Source: Fibrobacterales bacterium | Lineage (GTDB): Bacteria > Fibrobacterota > Fibrobacteria > Fibrobacterales > JAOPTW01 | Direction: 5' to 3' | DNA: 64,000 nt | NCBI GenBank assembly: GCA_051532055.1 | Contig: JAOPTX010000008.1 | Coordinates: 64,001-128,000, forward strand | Part shown: positions 9,104 through 18,407 of the stretch, piece by piece | Layout: every line of letters starts with the position of its first letter | How positions within the stretch are numbered: position 1 is the stretch's first letter | Made by a program: the position numbers and the translations under genes | Notes under the pieces: model-generated | The model's input: the letters and a program-made list of their open reading frames with translations, nothing else | Databases searched by the model: none | What the model was told of the DNA's origin: nothing

Positions 9104-11122
9104 TTAAGAATTTGTCACGCCCTGTGAAGCAATCGGTACTTTTATTATAAAGTTGACTCCATCATTGGGCAAACTAAGTAAGCGGATAGTACCCTTTAAT
9201 TTATGGGTAACGATATTATAGATGAGGTGCATACCTAGACCAGTCCCTCCCTTACTCCTGCTCGTTGTAAAAAACGGATCAAAGACCCGACCCATATTTT
9301 CTTCGGGAATTCCTTTTCCATTATCCTGATAAGTAAACTCAATGTTTTCCATACCTTTCACAACAACAATATTTATATTCCCCTTTTCCTCCTTTTCGGG
9401 AAAGCCATGAGTAACACTATTCATAATTAAATTTGTGATTACTTGTGATATTTCTCCAGGATATGAGTGCATCATAATGTCATCAGGGCATTTGAGATTA
9501 ATATTTATATGAGTCTGTTTCAATTGAGGCTTTAAACTAAGCAGAGTATCTTCAATATATCCTTTGATGTTAAATTCTCGTTTTTCATCCCGAGTCTGAT
9601 CAACCGCTACCTTTTTAAAGCTTTTAATAAGCCCCGAGGCGCGTGTCATATTTGAAAGTATCATCTGGGTTGATTCACTTGCCGTTTTAATATACTCCTC
9701 AAAAGTACCACGAGTAAGACCATTTTTCTCAAACATCAAAAGGGTACTATTGGTACGCTCTTCTAAAAATGATGCTGCAGTTACCGCAATTCCAATAGGA
9801 GTATTAATTTCATGAGCTACACCAGCAACTAAACTGCCCAGAGCTGCCATTTTTTCAGACTGAACTAATTGTTCTTGAGTCTGGTTCAAGTTTTGAAGAG
9901 ATTCACCAAGTTCTTTATTGAGTTTGATAAGCTCCATTGTGCGATGCTCGACTCGCATTTCCAACTCTTCGTTCAAATGATAAATCTGCTGTTCTGCTAA
10001 AATACGTGCGGTAATGTTTATCACTTGGACTACAAAATATTGTGGATAATCTTCTGCATCTCTGTGAAGTAGATAACTAAAAATAACATGAACCGTAGAG
10101 CCATCTTTCTTTACAAATTGCTTCTCAACCCTATTTTTATAATCCGAATCCACAATCATTGATTTAAGCTCCTGAACAACTCCATCACGAAATTCAGGAA
10201 GATACATATCTGCAAACTCTCGATGCTGAAGCTCTACAGAACTATACCCCAACATTTCACAAAGCTCACTATTTACCTGCAAGAATTCTCCAGAGAGACC
10301 AATAAGTGCCATCCCAATAGCGGCATGTTCAAATGCCCCCCTAAAACGCTCTTCACTAAATCTAAGAGCTATCTCTGCTTCATCCCGCTCCCACTCTTTC
10401 ATTTGGATATGCTGAACCATCTCATTAAAACACTGATGAAGTTCTTTTATCTCACTACTCCCTCCACCATCCACTCGAATTGAGTAGTCACCTGATTCCG
10501 CAATATTCTGAGAAACCAAGGCGAGTCGATTAATAGGACCCGTTATCACATTTTGAATCATCACAATAAAAACATAAGAAAGCAGCATCAGTGCGCCAAA
10601 AAGAGCGACTCCCATTACGATACTCTCCCAGATACGCGCCTGTAGCTTCTCTGCAGAAAATCGAAAATAGCAATGAAGGCCCGGTAACTCACCCACACTA
10701 TGAAATCGCTGAATAAGTAAATCATTGCCATGAAAGAGTGACTCATTTTCACCTAAGAGCTTTACAATTCGTTCATCTTCGGCCAAGGTATAGCCATAAT
10801 CAAAGAGAAGTACACCATCTTCGCTCCGGCATATCACAACTTCTATGTTGGGTAATTTTTCAATTAACCGAGCAGCCAAGTGAGCAGGGATAACTCCATT
10901 GTGCTGATATTCTGTAAATATTCGATTCTCTACTTGCTCAATTCTCAATAAATTTTGAGCAACAAGTCCCTCTTTTAATTGACTAATGGTATGTATTGTA
11001 TGAACACCAAAACTGACAAAAGTCGAAAAGAACGTTATAACTAATACGAGAATGACCAGCTGTTGCTTTAATGTCAATGAGTTTAGAAACTTCATGTACA
11101 GCACATCCTCTACCAGCAACAA
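9104..11122 (-). CDS. Sensor histidine kinase, 2TM-HAMP-PAS-HisKA-HATPase
   Basis: Two TM helices, HAMP, PAS (FEHAAIGMA), SEKMAALGSLVAGVAHEINTP H-box, DNGKG and GTGLG. Confidence 0.93.
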   Translation of the reverse strand: MLLVEDVLYMKFLNSLTLKQQLVILVLVITFFSTFVSFGVHTIHTISQLKEGLVAQNLLRIEQVENRIFTEYQHNGVIPAHLAARLIEKLPNIEVVICRSEDGVLLFDYGYTLAEDERIVKLLGENESLFHGNDLLIQRFHSVGELPGLHCYFRFSAEKLQARIWESIVMGVALFGALMLLSYVFIVMIQNVITGPINRLALVSQNIAESGDYSIRVDGGGSSEIKELHQCFNEMVQHIQMKEWERDEAEIALRFSEERFRGAFEHAAIGMALIGLSGEFLQVNSELCEMLGYSSVELQHREFADMYLPEFRDGVVQELKSMIVDSDYKNRVEKQFVKKDGSTVHVIFSYLLHRDAEDYPQYFVVQVINITARILAEQQIYHLNEELEMRVEHRTMELIKLNKELGESLQNLNQTQEQLVQSEKMAALGSLVAGVAHEINTPIGIAVTAASFLEERTNSTLLMFEKNGLTRGTFEEYIKTASESTQMILSNMTRASGLIKSFKKVAVDQTRDEKREFNIKGYIEDTLLSLKPQLKQTHININLKCPDDIMMHSYPGEISQVITNLIMNSVTHGFPEKEEKGNINIVVVKGMENIEFTYQDNGKGIPEENMGRVFDPFFTTSRSKGGTGLGMHLIYNIVTHKLKGTIRLLSLPNDGVNFIIKVPIASQGVTNS

Positions 11123-11131
11123 GTGTTACAC

Positions 11132-11629
11132 TTACTGAGGTCCTTTTCTGCGACGTTCCATCGATTCGACAACCCCTTTAAAGGTCTCTCGATTTTTTTG
11201 ATTCATCTCAGATAAGAGTTTATGACTCTTATAAATTGTATCCTGAAAGTGTTCTAGTTCAGCCTTTTCTTCTGGAACATCCTGAAATTCTCCAGCGAGT
11301 GGCTCTGAGACCAACTTGATATCAAATACTTGGTCAAATCCCATGCTTAAAAGCACCTGATGTATTGATTCATTGGGGGATAAAATAATTACCTTTTCAT
11401 CAAATTGAGCATCATGAAGACGAGCAATTTTTGCTATGAGCCCAAGGTTTGTTGAGTCTATAAAGTTGGCATCACTCAGATCAATGGTAATATGCGGAAG
11501 AGGTTTTTCTGTGAAGGTCTCTTCTAAAAATTGATCAAAACAGAAGCTCTTAAAATATTTAAGATCACCACACAATTTAAGTTCAAGTGCATTTTCTGTA
11601 CATCGGTATTTATAAAGATCACTACCCAT
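11132..11629 (-). CDS. STAS-domain anti-sigma antagonist, RssC-like
   Basis: Start re-assigned to ATG 11629 (GAGGGG RBS, overlaps upstream stop); IDLSDANFIDSTNLG phosphoserine motif, SMGFDQVF and HKLLSEMNQKNRETF tail as in Pseudomonas RssC. Confidence 0.8.
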   Translation of the reverse strand: MGSDLYKYRCTENALELKLCGDLKYFKSFCFDQFLEETFTEKPLPHITIDLSDANFIDSTNLGLIAKIARLHDAQFDEKVIILSPNESIHQVLLSMGFDQVFDIKLVSEPLAGEFQDVPEEKAELEHFQDTIYKSHKLLSEMNQKNRETFKGVVESMERRRKGPQ

Positions 11630-12920
11630 CAGCCCCTCTTGAAATATGAAGAATGGTAATATCATCAGGGATATTAAGGTTTTCTGTAATACCAAGTGCG
11701 TCTTTCATTGATTCGATAGTAACCCCCCTGCCATTACATACCTTTACTAAAGCATTCTCTTTAGCTGCAACCTCTTTCATTGGCATAATATCTAGTATCC
11801 CATCTGAAAAAAGTGAAAGAGTAAAGGAGTCAGGAAGGTTAATAGTTTTGGAGGTATACTGAGCACGAGGAAAAAGGCCGATAGCCATACCACCCTCTTT
11901 TATCATCTCACACCTCTCGCCATTAAACAAGATTGGATAGGGATATTGAGCACCGGTAGCATAAGAGAGCTCGTTACGCGGCGTATTAATTACTCCATAA
12001 AAAAGGGTTAAATGCTTATTAAGGTTTTCTGTCATAATTTCAGAATTAAGACTAAACAACACTTCACTCGGATTAAAAATTGCTCTATCGCCCTGACTTC
12101 TGTATCGTTCTTGGAACCCATTAATAAAACTTTTAAGCAGTACTGTTATAAAAGAACTCGATAAACCATGACCTGACACATCTGCAATATAAAAACCTAT
12201 ATGGTGATTATCTATTTCAAAGTAGTCGACAAAATCGCCACTTAAAAACTGTGACGGAAGCACAAGACTTGAAAATGTATACCCTTGGATCTCCTCTAAA
12301 GCATCGGGAAGGAGCTTGTTTTGAATACGCATCCCCGCTTCAAGATCTGACTCGAGTATCATCAACGACTCTTGAAGTTTCTGCGTTCGTTCCGCAACCT
12401 GCCTCTCAAGAGAGTTATTCATTTGTGCGATTTTGTGAATATAATTAAATGACCGGAGTGACGTAGTAATAGTTGTAATGAGTGTGATCGAAGACATATC
12501 TGTCTTCTCTTTGTAATCATTAATATCGTATTCTATTATTACTTTACTTTGGGGTGCATGGCCTGGTTGCCCCGTTCTTAATACGATTCTAATATCGCTG
12601 TTTTTTAATGTTGTACGAATAAATTCAACGAGTCGAAGACCAGCATCGTCTTCTTCCATGACCACATCAATTATGGCGACAGCGAACTCAATATCACCCT
12701 GTAAAATTCCTTCAGCCTCTTTTCGAGAGTAGGCTTTTACTAAATTGAGTCTTTTATTTTCAAAGGAGAATGATTTTAAAACAAGTGCAGTTACCTTGTG
12801 AACTTCAGTATCATCATCAACAACCAAAATATTCCAAACGGAATCATTAGAAGTATCAATACTTTCTTCTTCAAAAAACTCAATTAAATCATTTTCAGAG
12901 TTCACTTGTACATCACACAT
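11622..12920 (-). CDS. REC-PP2C (SpoIIE) phosphatase, RssB-like
   Basis: REC (VVDDD, IDVVME), coiled coil, PP2C motifs SGDFVDY, ADVSGHG, FSDGILD, PDDIT. Confidence 0.88.
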   Translation of the reverse strand: MCDVQVNSENDLIEFFEEESIDTSNDSVWNILVVDDDTEVHKVTALVLKSFSFENKRLNLVKAYSRKEAEGILQGDIEFAVAIIDVVMEEDDAGLRLVEFIRTTLKNSDIRIVLRTGQPGHAPQSKVIIEYDINDYKEKTDMSSITLITTITTSLRSFNYIHKIAQMNNSLERQVAERTQKLQESLMILESDLEAGMRIQNKLLPDALEEIQGYTFSSLVLPSQFLSGDFVDYFEIDNHHIGFYIADVSGHGLSSSFITVLLKSFINGFQERYRSQGDRAIFNPSEVLFSLNSEIMTENLNKHLTLFYGVINTPRNELSYATGAQYPYPILFNGERCEMIKEGGMAIGLFPRAQYTSKTINLPDSFTLSLFSDGILDIMPMKEVAAKENALVKVCNGRGVTIESMKDALGITENLNIPDDITILHISRGADG

Positions 12921-13013
12921 TTCATGATAATAATTAACAGTATAACACTTTACGAGCCAATATTCTAGATATTATCATTTTTTTAATTATTTAGACAAGA
13001 TTTAGTAATCAGT

Positions 13014-14099
13014 TTAACACGCATTTTGACTAGATACATTGCTAGTACATCTAGGAAAGGTGAGAAGAAACCGAGCGCCGCCCCCATCATTTTCTTCCAC
13101 ATCAATATTACCGCCATGGGCTTCCATAACATATTTTGAAATAGCAAGGCTTAATCCCTGTCCTTTATTATGGTGCATGATATCACTAATTGAAAATTCG
13201 TCAAAAATGGCAGCCCTATCTTTGTGAGCAACTCCAATACCACCATCGGCAACAGAAAGCGTAACGACATCATCTACATCGGTTATACCCACCTCTACGG
13301 CGCCACCTGCGGGAGAAAATTTAATCGCATTGTGGAGAAGATACCCTAACACTTTTTTCAAGTAACTCCAGTCAGCATCCAATACGACTGGCTCCATAGC
13401 ATTATTAATCAATACCACATCTTTGGCTTCAGCAGTAGGCTTAAACTCTTCAACTACTTGATCAACTCTTGAATGCAATAAAATTGAGGATCGCTCAATA
13501 ATTCTCTCCGACTTAATTGAGCATATTAGTTTGGTTTTTTCCACAAATTCTAGTAACTGATAGCCACACTCAACCATTAAACGAATATTACTGCGGTGAG
13601 CTTCAGGAATTTCTTTCTCATCAACAAGCAGATTCCCAATTCCGATGATTCCATTGAGTGGGGTACGGGTCTCATGACTAAACAGCTTCAATAGATCGCC
13701 TTTTATTGCCTCTACCTCTTCAGTACGTTTGAGCTTAATAAAGACCTTAACCTTGGCGGCAAGCTCTTCATCAATAAACGGCTTTGTAATATAGTCATCA
13801 GCTCCAACCTCATAGCCATGGAGCCGCTCATCAATCATTGATTTTCCTGACACTAAAATAATCTTGGTAAAAGCATAAGTAGGGTTTTTTCTTATGGTTT
13901 TGCACACTTCATATCCGTCAATCCCTGGCATCATTATGTCGAGCAGAACCAAGTCAGGCTCAAATTGAGGCATCATCTCTATTGCCTCGCTACCATTCAT
14001 TGCAATCGCTAACTCATAAGAGCCCTCTAATATCTCTTCGAATATACCCACATTCATAGGGTCATCATCAACTATTAGAATTTTATTTCCAGCTACCAT
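13014..14099 (-). CDS. Hybrid REC-histidine kinase
   Basis: REC (LDIMMPG, KPF), SHETRTPLN H-box, NAIKFS, DGGIG. Confidence 0.92.
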   Translation of the reverse strand: MVAGNKILIVDDDPMNVGIFEEILEGSYELAIAMNGSEAIEMMPQFEPDLVLLDIMMPGIDGYEVCKTIRKNPTYAFTKIILVSGKSMIDERLHGYEVGADDYITKPFIDEELAAKVKVFIKLKRTEEVEAIKGDLLKLFSHETRTPLNGIIGIGNLLVDEKEIPEAHRSNIRLMVECGYQLLEFVEKTKLICSIKSERIIERSSILLHSRVDQVVEEFKPTAEAKDVVLINNAMEPVVLDADWSYLKKVLGYLLHNAIKFSPAGGAVEVGITDVDDVVTLSVADGGIGVAHKDRAAIFDEFSISDIMHHNKGQGLSLAISKYVMEAHGGNIDVEENDGGGARFLLTFPRCTSNVSSQNAC

Positions 14100-14470
14100 A
14101 TTCTTACCTGATGTTAAAAACCTGTCCAGTTACCACCCAAAAGCATCTATTCCATTGAAGGCTCTGAAAAAATTTTATTTTGTACAGCCTCATGTCCCTC
14201 ATGCACTGTCACATACAATTTAGAGAAGTCATTTGATAACTATCTCCTCTCATTAAGTTCACGCAGTCCTTCTTTCAAAGGATTAACCTTATTAGACTTT
14301 GAGTCTGATAAGTTCCTATGACTTATCATACCAAGCATAAAGTTAAATGAGTATCATTTAGTATAATAAAATACAAAGAAAGGCTAATAAATTTTTGATT
14401 TATTTTTGATATTTAGTAAGCTTGAGGCATTACTACCCCATTCTTCCATTTACAGAGGAGTATATATAAC

Positions 14471-14491
14471 AAAAGGCCCACACAGTGAGCC
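14471..14491 (-). terminator. Intrinsic terminator after the TIGR02147 gene
   Basis: Minus strand GGCTCAC-tgt-GTGGGCC-TTTTGTT. Confidence 0.65.
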
Positions 14492-14538
14492 ATTTATATA
14501 ATTACTATTTGAGATAGGGTCCAAGCGCCCCATACATA

Positions 14539-15360
14539 TTATTTCTGTTTTGTAAGCGGGAAAAGCTGTACATTCATTTGATATACTTGATCTACTGCCT
14601 TATCATCAAAAGCAATTTTAGCAAGCCTTTTTCGATACTCTGCAGTCTCCTCTTTCACCTTCTCCATACTCTCTGCAGAGAGAGTAAGGGTCATAGTAGA
14701 AACATCTCGTTCATCAGATTGAAATTTATTCAACGCACGCTTAGCCAACTCCATAGTAACGATTTGGAAATTTGCTAATTGCATAGATCCGACATCACCA
14801 GTATCAGCAGAGAGCGATTCCTCTTTTTGCTTGAGATAGCCTTCATCATTATACTCGATAAGCCCTAATGCCAACAAGTCTTTAACAGCTTTTTCAGATT
14901 GGGCCGCTGTAATAGAGGGCTCCATAATTTTAGCAAGTAGACGATAATCATCTTTCACTTCTAAAAAATAGAGGGCTTCTCTAATTGCAACGTAATACCA
15001 ACGAGAGAAAAGGTTGTATTCTCTTTTTTGCAAGTATTTTGTTGAAACCCCCTGAAGAGTAAGTAAACGATTATAAAATTCGTTTTTTTCATCAAGGGTT
15101 TTCGCTTGATTGAACAATACTAATGTTTCAAAATAGCGCGTTTCCGCTTTCTTCAATTTGAAGATCTTGGCCATTTTTAAAACATGTGTTGGAGTTAAGT
15201 TTTTCTTACCAGAAATTACATTTGCAATAAAACCAGTAGAAGAAATTTTCATCTGCTTAAGAAGATACCTCTGAGAAAACGATTTATCTTCTTTTTTTAA
15301 GTCTACAGAATGATCTTTAATAAATACTCGATAATCAGTATAAGTGTATATGTCTGCCAT
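14539..15360 (-). CDS. TIGR02147 family protein (Fibrobacter paralogous family, HTH-like N-terminus)
   Basis: IYTYTDYR..FSQR..VISGKKNL, FSRWYYVAIRE, RDVSTMTL and VYQMNVQLFPL signature; likely start MADIY at 15360. Confidence 0.88.
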   Translation of the reverse strand: MADIYTYTDYRVFIKDHSVDLKKEDKSFSQRYLLKQMKISSTGFIANVISGKKNLTPTHVLKMAKIFKLKKAETRYFETLVLFNQAKTLDEKNEFYNRLLTLQGVSTKYLQKREYNLFSRWYYVAIREALYFLEVKDDYRLLAKIMEPSITAAQSEKAVKDLLALGLIEYNDEGYLKQKEESLSADTGDVGSMQLANFQIVTMELAKRALNKFQSDERDVSTMTLTLSAESMEKVKEETAEYRKRLAKIAFDDKAVDQVYQMNVQLFPLTKQK

Positions 15361-15552
15361 GTGCCTGTCTGCCATTATGATTGTCTCTAAGAGCACCTCT
15401 TAATACTCAAAAAAACAATTCGTTATATTAAATGAATCACCCATAACATAGAGTTTATTTTAGTAAAGTCAAACAGAAAATTGGGAAAATATCAATTTTG
15501 TATACTTTTCCGCTCTTTTTCGTAAAATCATCAATTTTACGCCATTTCATGG

Positions 15553-15587
15553 CCCTAATAACTCAATCTTTACTTGAGTTATTAGGG
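15553..15587. terminator. 14-bp hairpin downstream of the hybrid kinase, probable terminator
   Basis: CCCTAATAACTCAA-tctttac-TTGAGTTATTAGGG; no clear U-tract. Confidence 0.55.
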
Positions 15588-15626
15588 ATGACTACTAAGT
15601 CACGGGAAGCAAAAAGGGTCTAATTT

Positions 15627-17201
15627 TTAGACCACTAGGAACACCGGAATATAGACAGCAAATCGAGTACCCTGCTCAACAACCGATTCAACAGTTATAA
15701 TTCCATTTAAACTCGTTACGATCCCATGCACAACTGAAAGCCCCATACCCGTTCCTTCATTAATTGGCTTCGTCGTGTAAAACGGTTCAAAAATATGGTT
15801 TAATACCGACTCTGGAATTCCTGCTCCGGTATCCGAAACAGTCAACTCAACATATTCACCAGAAGTCCCCCCATGGAGCTCAACAAAGGAGGCATCTACA
15901 ACAACCCTCTCTAGTATCACTTCGATTGTACCACCTTCTTCTGGCAAGGCATACACCGCATTTGTTAATAGGTTTAGGGTTACCTGCTGCAGAATACTTG
16001 AATTTGCTTTGACCATCATTGATGGCTTTTCAAAACACGTTTTAATGGAGACATTTGGAGACAATCCTGACTCTATAATTACTATCGACCCCGTTACCAC
16101 AGGGACAAAATCTATATCTTTAACTGTTTCTTCAGTTTTTCTGCTAAAATCAAGAATTTGCTGTATGATTTCTTTAGCTCGATCACCTGCTATTTGAGCT
16201 CTTTGTAATTTTTTTTGAATCCCTGGGTTCTCTTTGGTCTCTTGCTGGACCATAGTAATATTGAGCATCATTGCATAAAGAATGTTATTGAAGTCGTGCG
16301 CAATCCCCCCTGCAAGAGTTCCAATTGCTTCCTTTTTAAGAGCTTGCCTCAGGTGCGCCTCCATCACCTTTTCATGACTAATATCACGACTGATACTCAC
16401 CATTTTACTCAAATCCCCATTACTATCTTTTAAACCAGAAAGAGTTCTCCGTTCAGTAAAATAGTCACCATTTCTCTTTTGATTAAGTAATTCTCCAGAC
16501 CATTCATCACCTACCGCTAAGGCTTCTTTAATTCCAGGAATCAATTCACTATTTTTATCAATATCGAAAAAACTATATGCCTTCTTCCCTACAAGTTCAA
16601 CAGAGGAATAACCTGTAATAGATTCAAAAGCCCTATTAACATATTCAAAATCCCCATTAAGGCCGGTAACACTAACCCCTTCAGAAAGCTGTTCGACAAT
16701 AGCTGCCAACTCTTGATTTTTATTTTGAACTTCAAGGCGAACCTCGACTTCTTTTGTGAGCTCCTGCGTTCGCTCTTCAACCATTGCTTCGAGATTACTA
16801 TGATACCTATTCAACGCATCAGTATTTTCTCGAATCTGTATAGAACGCTCTACTAATACCGGAAGAGTCGTTAAATAATTTCCCGCAATATCTTTTGTAA
16901 TATAATCGTAGGCACCGGCTTTCATAGCACGAACCGCAACTTCTTCATCACCTAAACTCGTCACAATGATAACAGGAATCTCTTTGCAATAATCAATTAC
17001 ATCGAAAGCAGTTCCATCGCCCAAAAGGTAATCTGCTATGACCAGATCATACGAACTAATAGTCAGCAGACGAAGCGCCTCTTTACAATCAGAAACCATA
17101 TCAAAGTCAAACCTGAACTGACGTTTTACTGACGCCCGTTTAAATGCCATTTGATCCATAGCATCGTCTTCAACATATAGTACTCGGTAATTATTAGACA
17201 T
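15627..17201 (-). CDS. Hybrid kinase REC-PAS-HisKA-HATPase
   Basis: YVEDD receiver, PAS (YVNRAFESITGYS), GTLAGGIAHDFNN H-box, DTGAG and GTGMGL. Confidence 0.92.
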   Translation of the reverse strand: MSNNYRVLYVEDDAMDQMAFKRASVKRQFRFDFDMVSDCKEALRLLTISSYDLVIADYLLGDGTAFDVIDYCKEIPVIIVTSLGDEEVAVRAMKAGAYDYITKDIAGNYLTTLPVLVERSIQIRENTDALNRYHSNLEAMVEERTQELTKEVEVRLEVQNKNQELAAIVEQLSEGVSVTGLNGDFEYVNRAFESITGYSSVELVGKKAYSFFDIDKNSELIPGIKEALAVGDEWSGELLNQKRNGDYFTERRTLSGLKDSNGDLSKMVSISRDISHEKVMEAHLRQALKKEAIGTLAGGIAHDFNNILYAMMLNITMVQQETKENPGIQKKLQRAQIAGDRAKEIIQQILDFSRKTEETVKDIDFVPVVTGSIVIIESGLSPNVSIKTCFEKPSMMVKANSSILQQVTLNLLTNAVYALPEEGGTIEVILERVVVDASFVELHGGTSGEYVELTVSDTGAGIPESVLNHIFEPFYTTKPINEGTGMGLSVVHGIVTSLNGIITVESVVEQGTRFAVYIPVFLVV

Positions 17202-18273
17202 TTATACCACACTGCACAACATTTTTTTTAAAATCAAGTATAAAAGAAGATCCCTTTTTAGGTTCAGACTCTACAGTGACTCTCCCTTCATAATAATGCA
17301 TCAATTTTTTGACGATTGCGAGCCCAACCCCACTATCTTCTGAATGTGATGCAACCGTAGTAAACATTTTGAATATCTCTTCATGATATTCCTTTGGTAT
17401 TCCAGGGCCATTATCTGCGATAATAAAACGTTCATAGTTCTGCCCCCCCTGATATTCAACTGTCACTACCCCCATCTCACCGGCAGTGGTAATCATATAC
17501 TTTTCGGCATTAGAGATAATATTTTGAAATAGCTGAAGGAGATGGACTTTATTCGCATATAAAGAAGGGAAATTATTTACCTGAGTCATTCGAATTTTTA
17601 ATGATGTAGAAAAAACGTCATTTAATTCACCGAACAAGTCATTCATATCAACAATTGAGCGCTTACTCTCTTTACCCACTCTTGAATAGAGCAATACCCC
17701 ATCAATGAGACGATTCATTTGTTCAACTCTCCCACAAAGCATCCCCATCTGTTCCCGACCGTCATCATCAAAGAGATGCCCATAATCATCAATAATCCAG
17801 GTACTGAGCTGGAATATTGCACGAAGTGGTGCTTTAAGGTCATGAGAAACCACATACGCAAATTCATTTAAATCACTATTTATTCGCTCTAATTGAGCGG
17901 TACGTTCACCCATATTTTTATCAAAACCTTCATTTGCTCCTTGATACTTTTTCAAAGTCGCAACAAATCCAGCTCGCCCCCTACCAAGATCTATAGTGAC
18001 CAACAAAGGGACAGTACTACATTCATGAGCCTTTGGGTAACACACGACGCCTTCCCCAGACACAGCTATTTGATTGAGTAGTGAAACAGTCTCACCTCCA
18101 ACAAAGAGGTCTTCAAAGACCAGCCCCTCTCCTCCTCCCCCAAGAAGTGCCTGAGCGAATGGATTTGTATAAATCACCACTCCATCAGCATCCACTTTGA
18201 CTAAGCCTACGCCCGCATGAACGACCATTTCTCTAAATAATTCATTTTCGATATTATTCACCATTCTACCCAC
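17194..18273 (-). CDS. Cytoplasmic PAS histidine kinase
   Basis: FAYVVSHDLKAPL H-box, QNIISNAEKY, DNGPG, GVGLA; overlaps the downstream gene by 8 nt. Confidence 0.9.
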   Translation of the reverse strand: MGRMVNNIENELFREMVVHAGVGLVKVDADGVVIYTNPFAQALLGGGGEGLVFEDLFVGGETVSLLNQIAVSGEGVVCYPKAHECSTVPLLVTIDLGRGRAGFVATLKKYQGANEGFDKNMGERTAQLERINSDLNEFAYVVSHDLKAPLRAIFQLSTWIIDDYGHLFDDDGREQMGMLCGRVEQMNRLIDGVLLYSRVGKESKRSIVDMNDLFGELNDVFSTSLKIRMTQVNNFPSLYANKVHLLQLFQNIISNAEKYMITTAGEMGVVTVEYQGGQNYERFIIADNGPGIPKEYHEEIFKMFTTVASHSEDSGVGLAIVKKLMHYYEGRVTVESEPKKGSSFILDFKKNVVQCGINV

Positions 18274-18407
18274 ATTAGCCTTCTAAAACACCCTCAAAAT
18301 ATGACCCGATTACCCAGTGAGTAACTCGAAAATCTAATATACTATTTATCGGAATAGAGGTGTGATCAAACCCACAATCAACTCAATTTTTGCTATTTTT
18401 AAAAACT

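Noticed and set aside
12924..12978. Fur box-like ATGATAATA...TATTATCAT
   Set aside because: Arms are about 37 nt apart in very AT-rich DNA, which does not fit Fur box geometry
14107..14338. Short minus-strand ORFs (32, 7 and 32 codons) upstream of the hybrid kinase
   Set aside because: Too short and featureless to support as CDSs; the region is reported as a candidate RNA element instead
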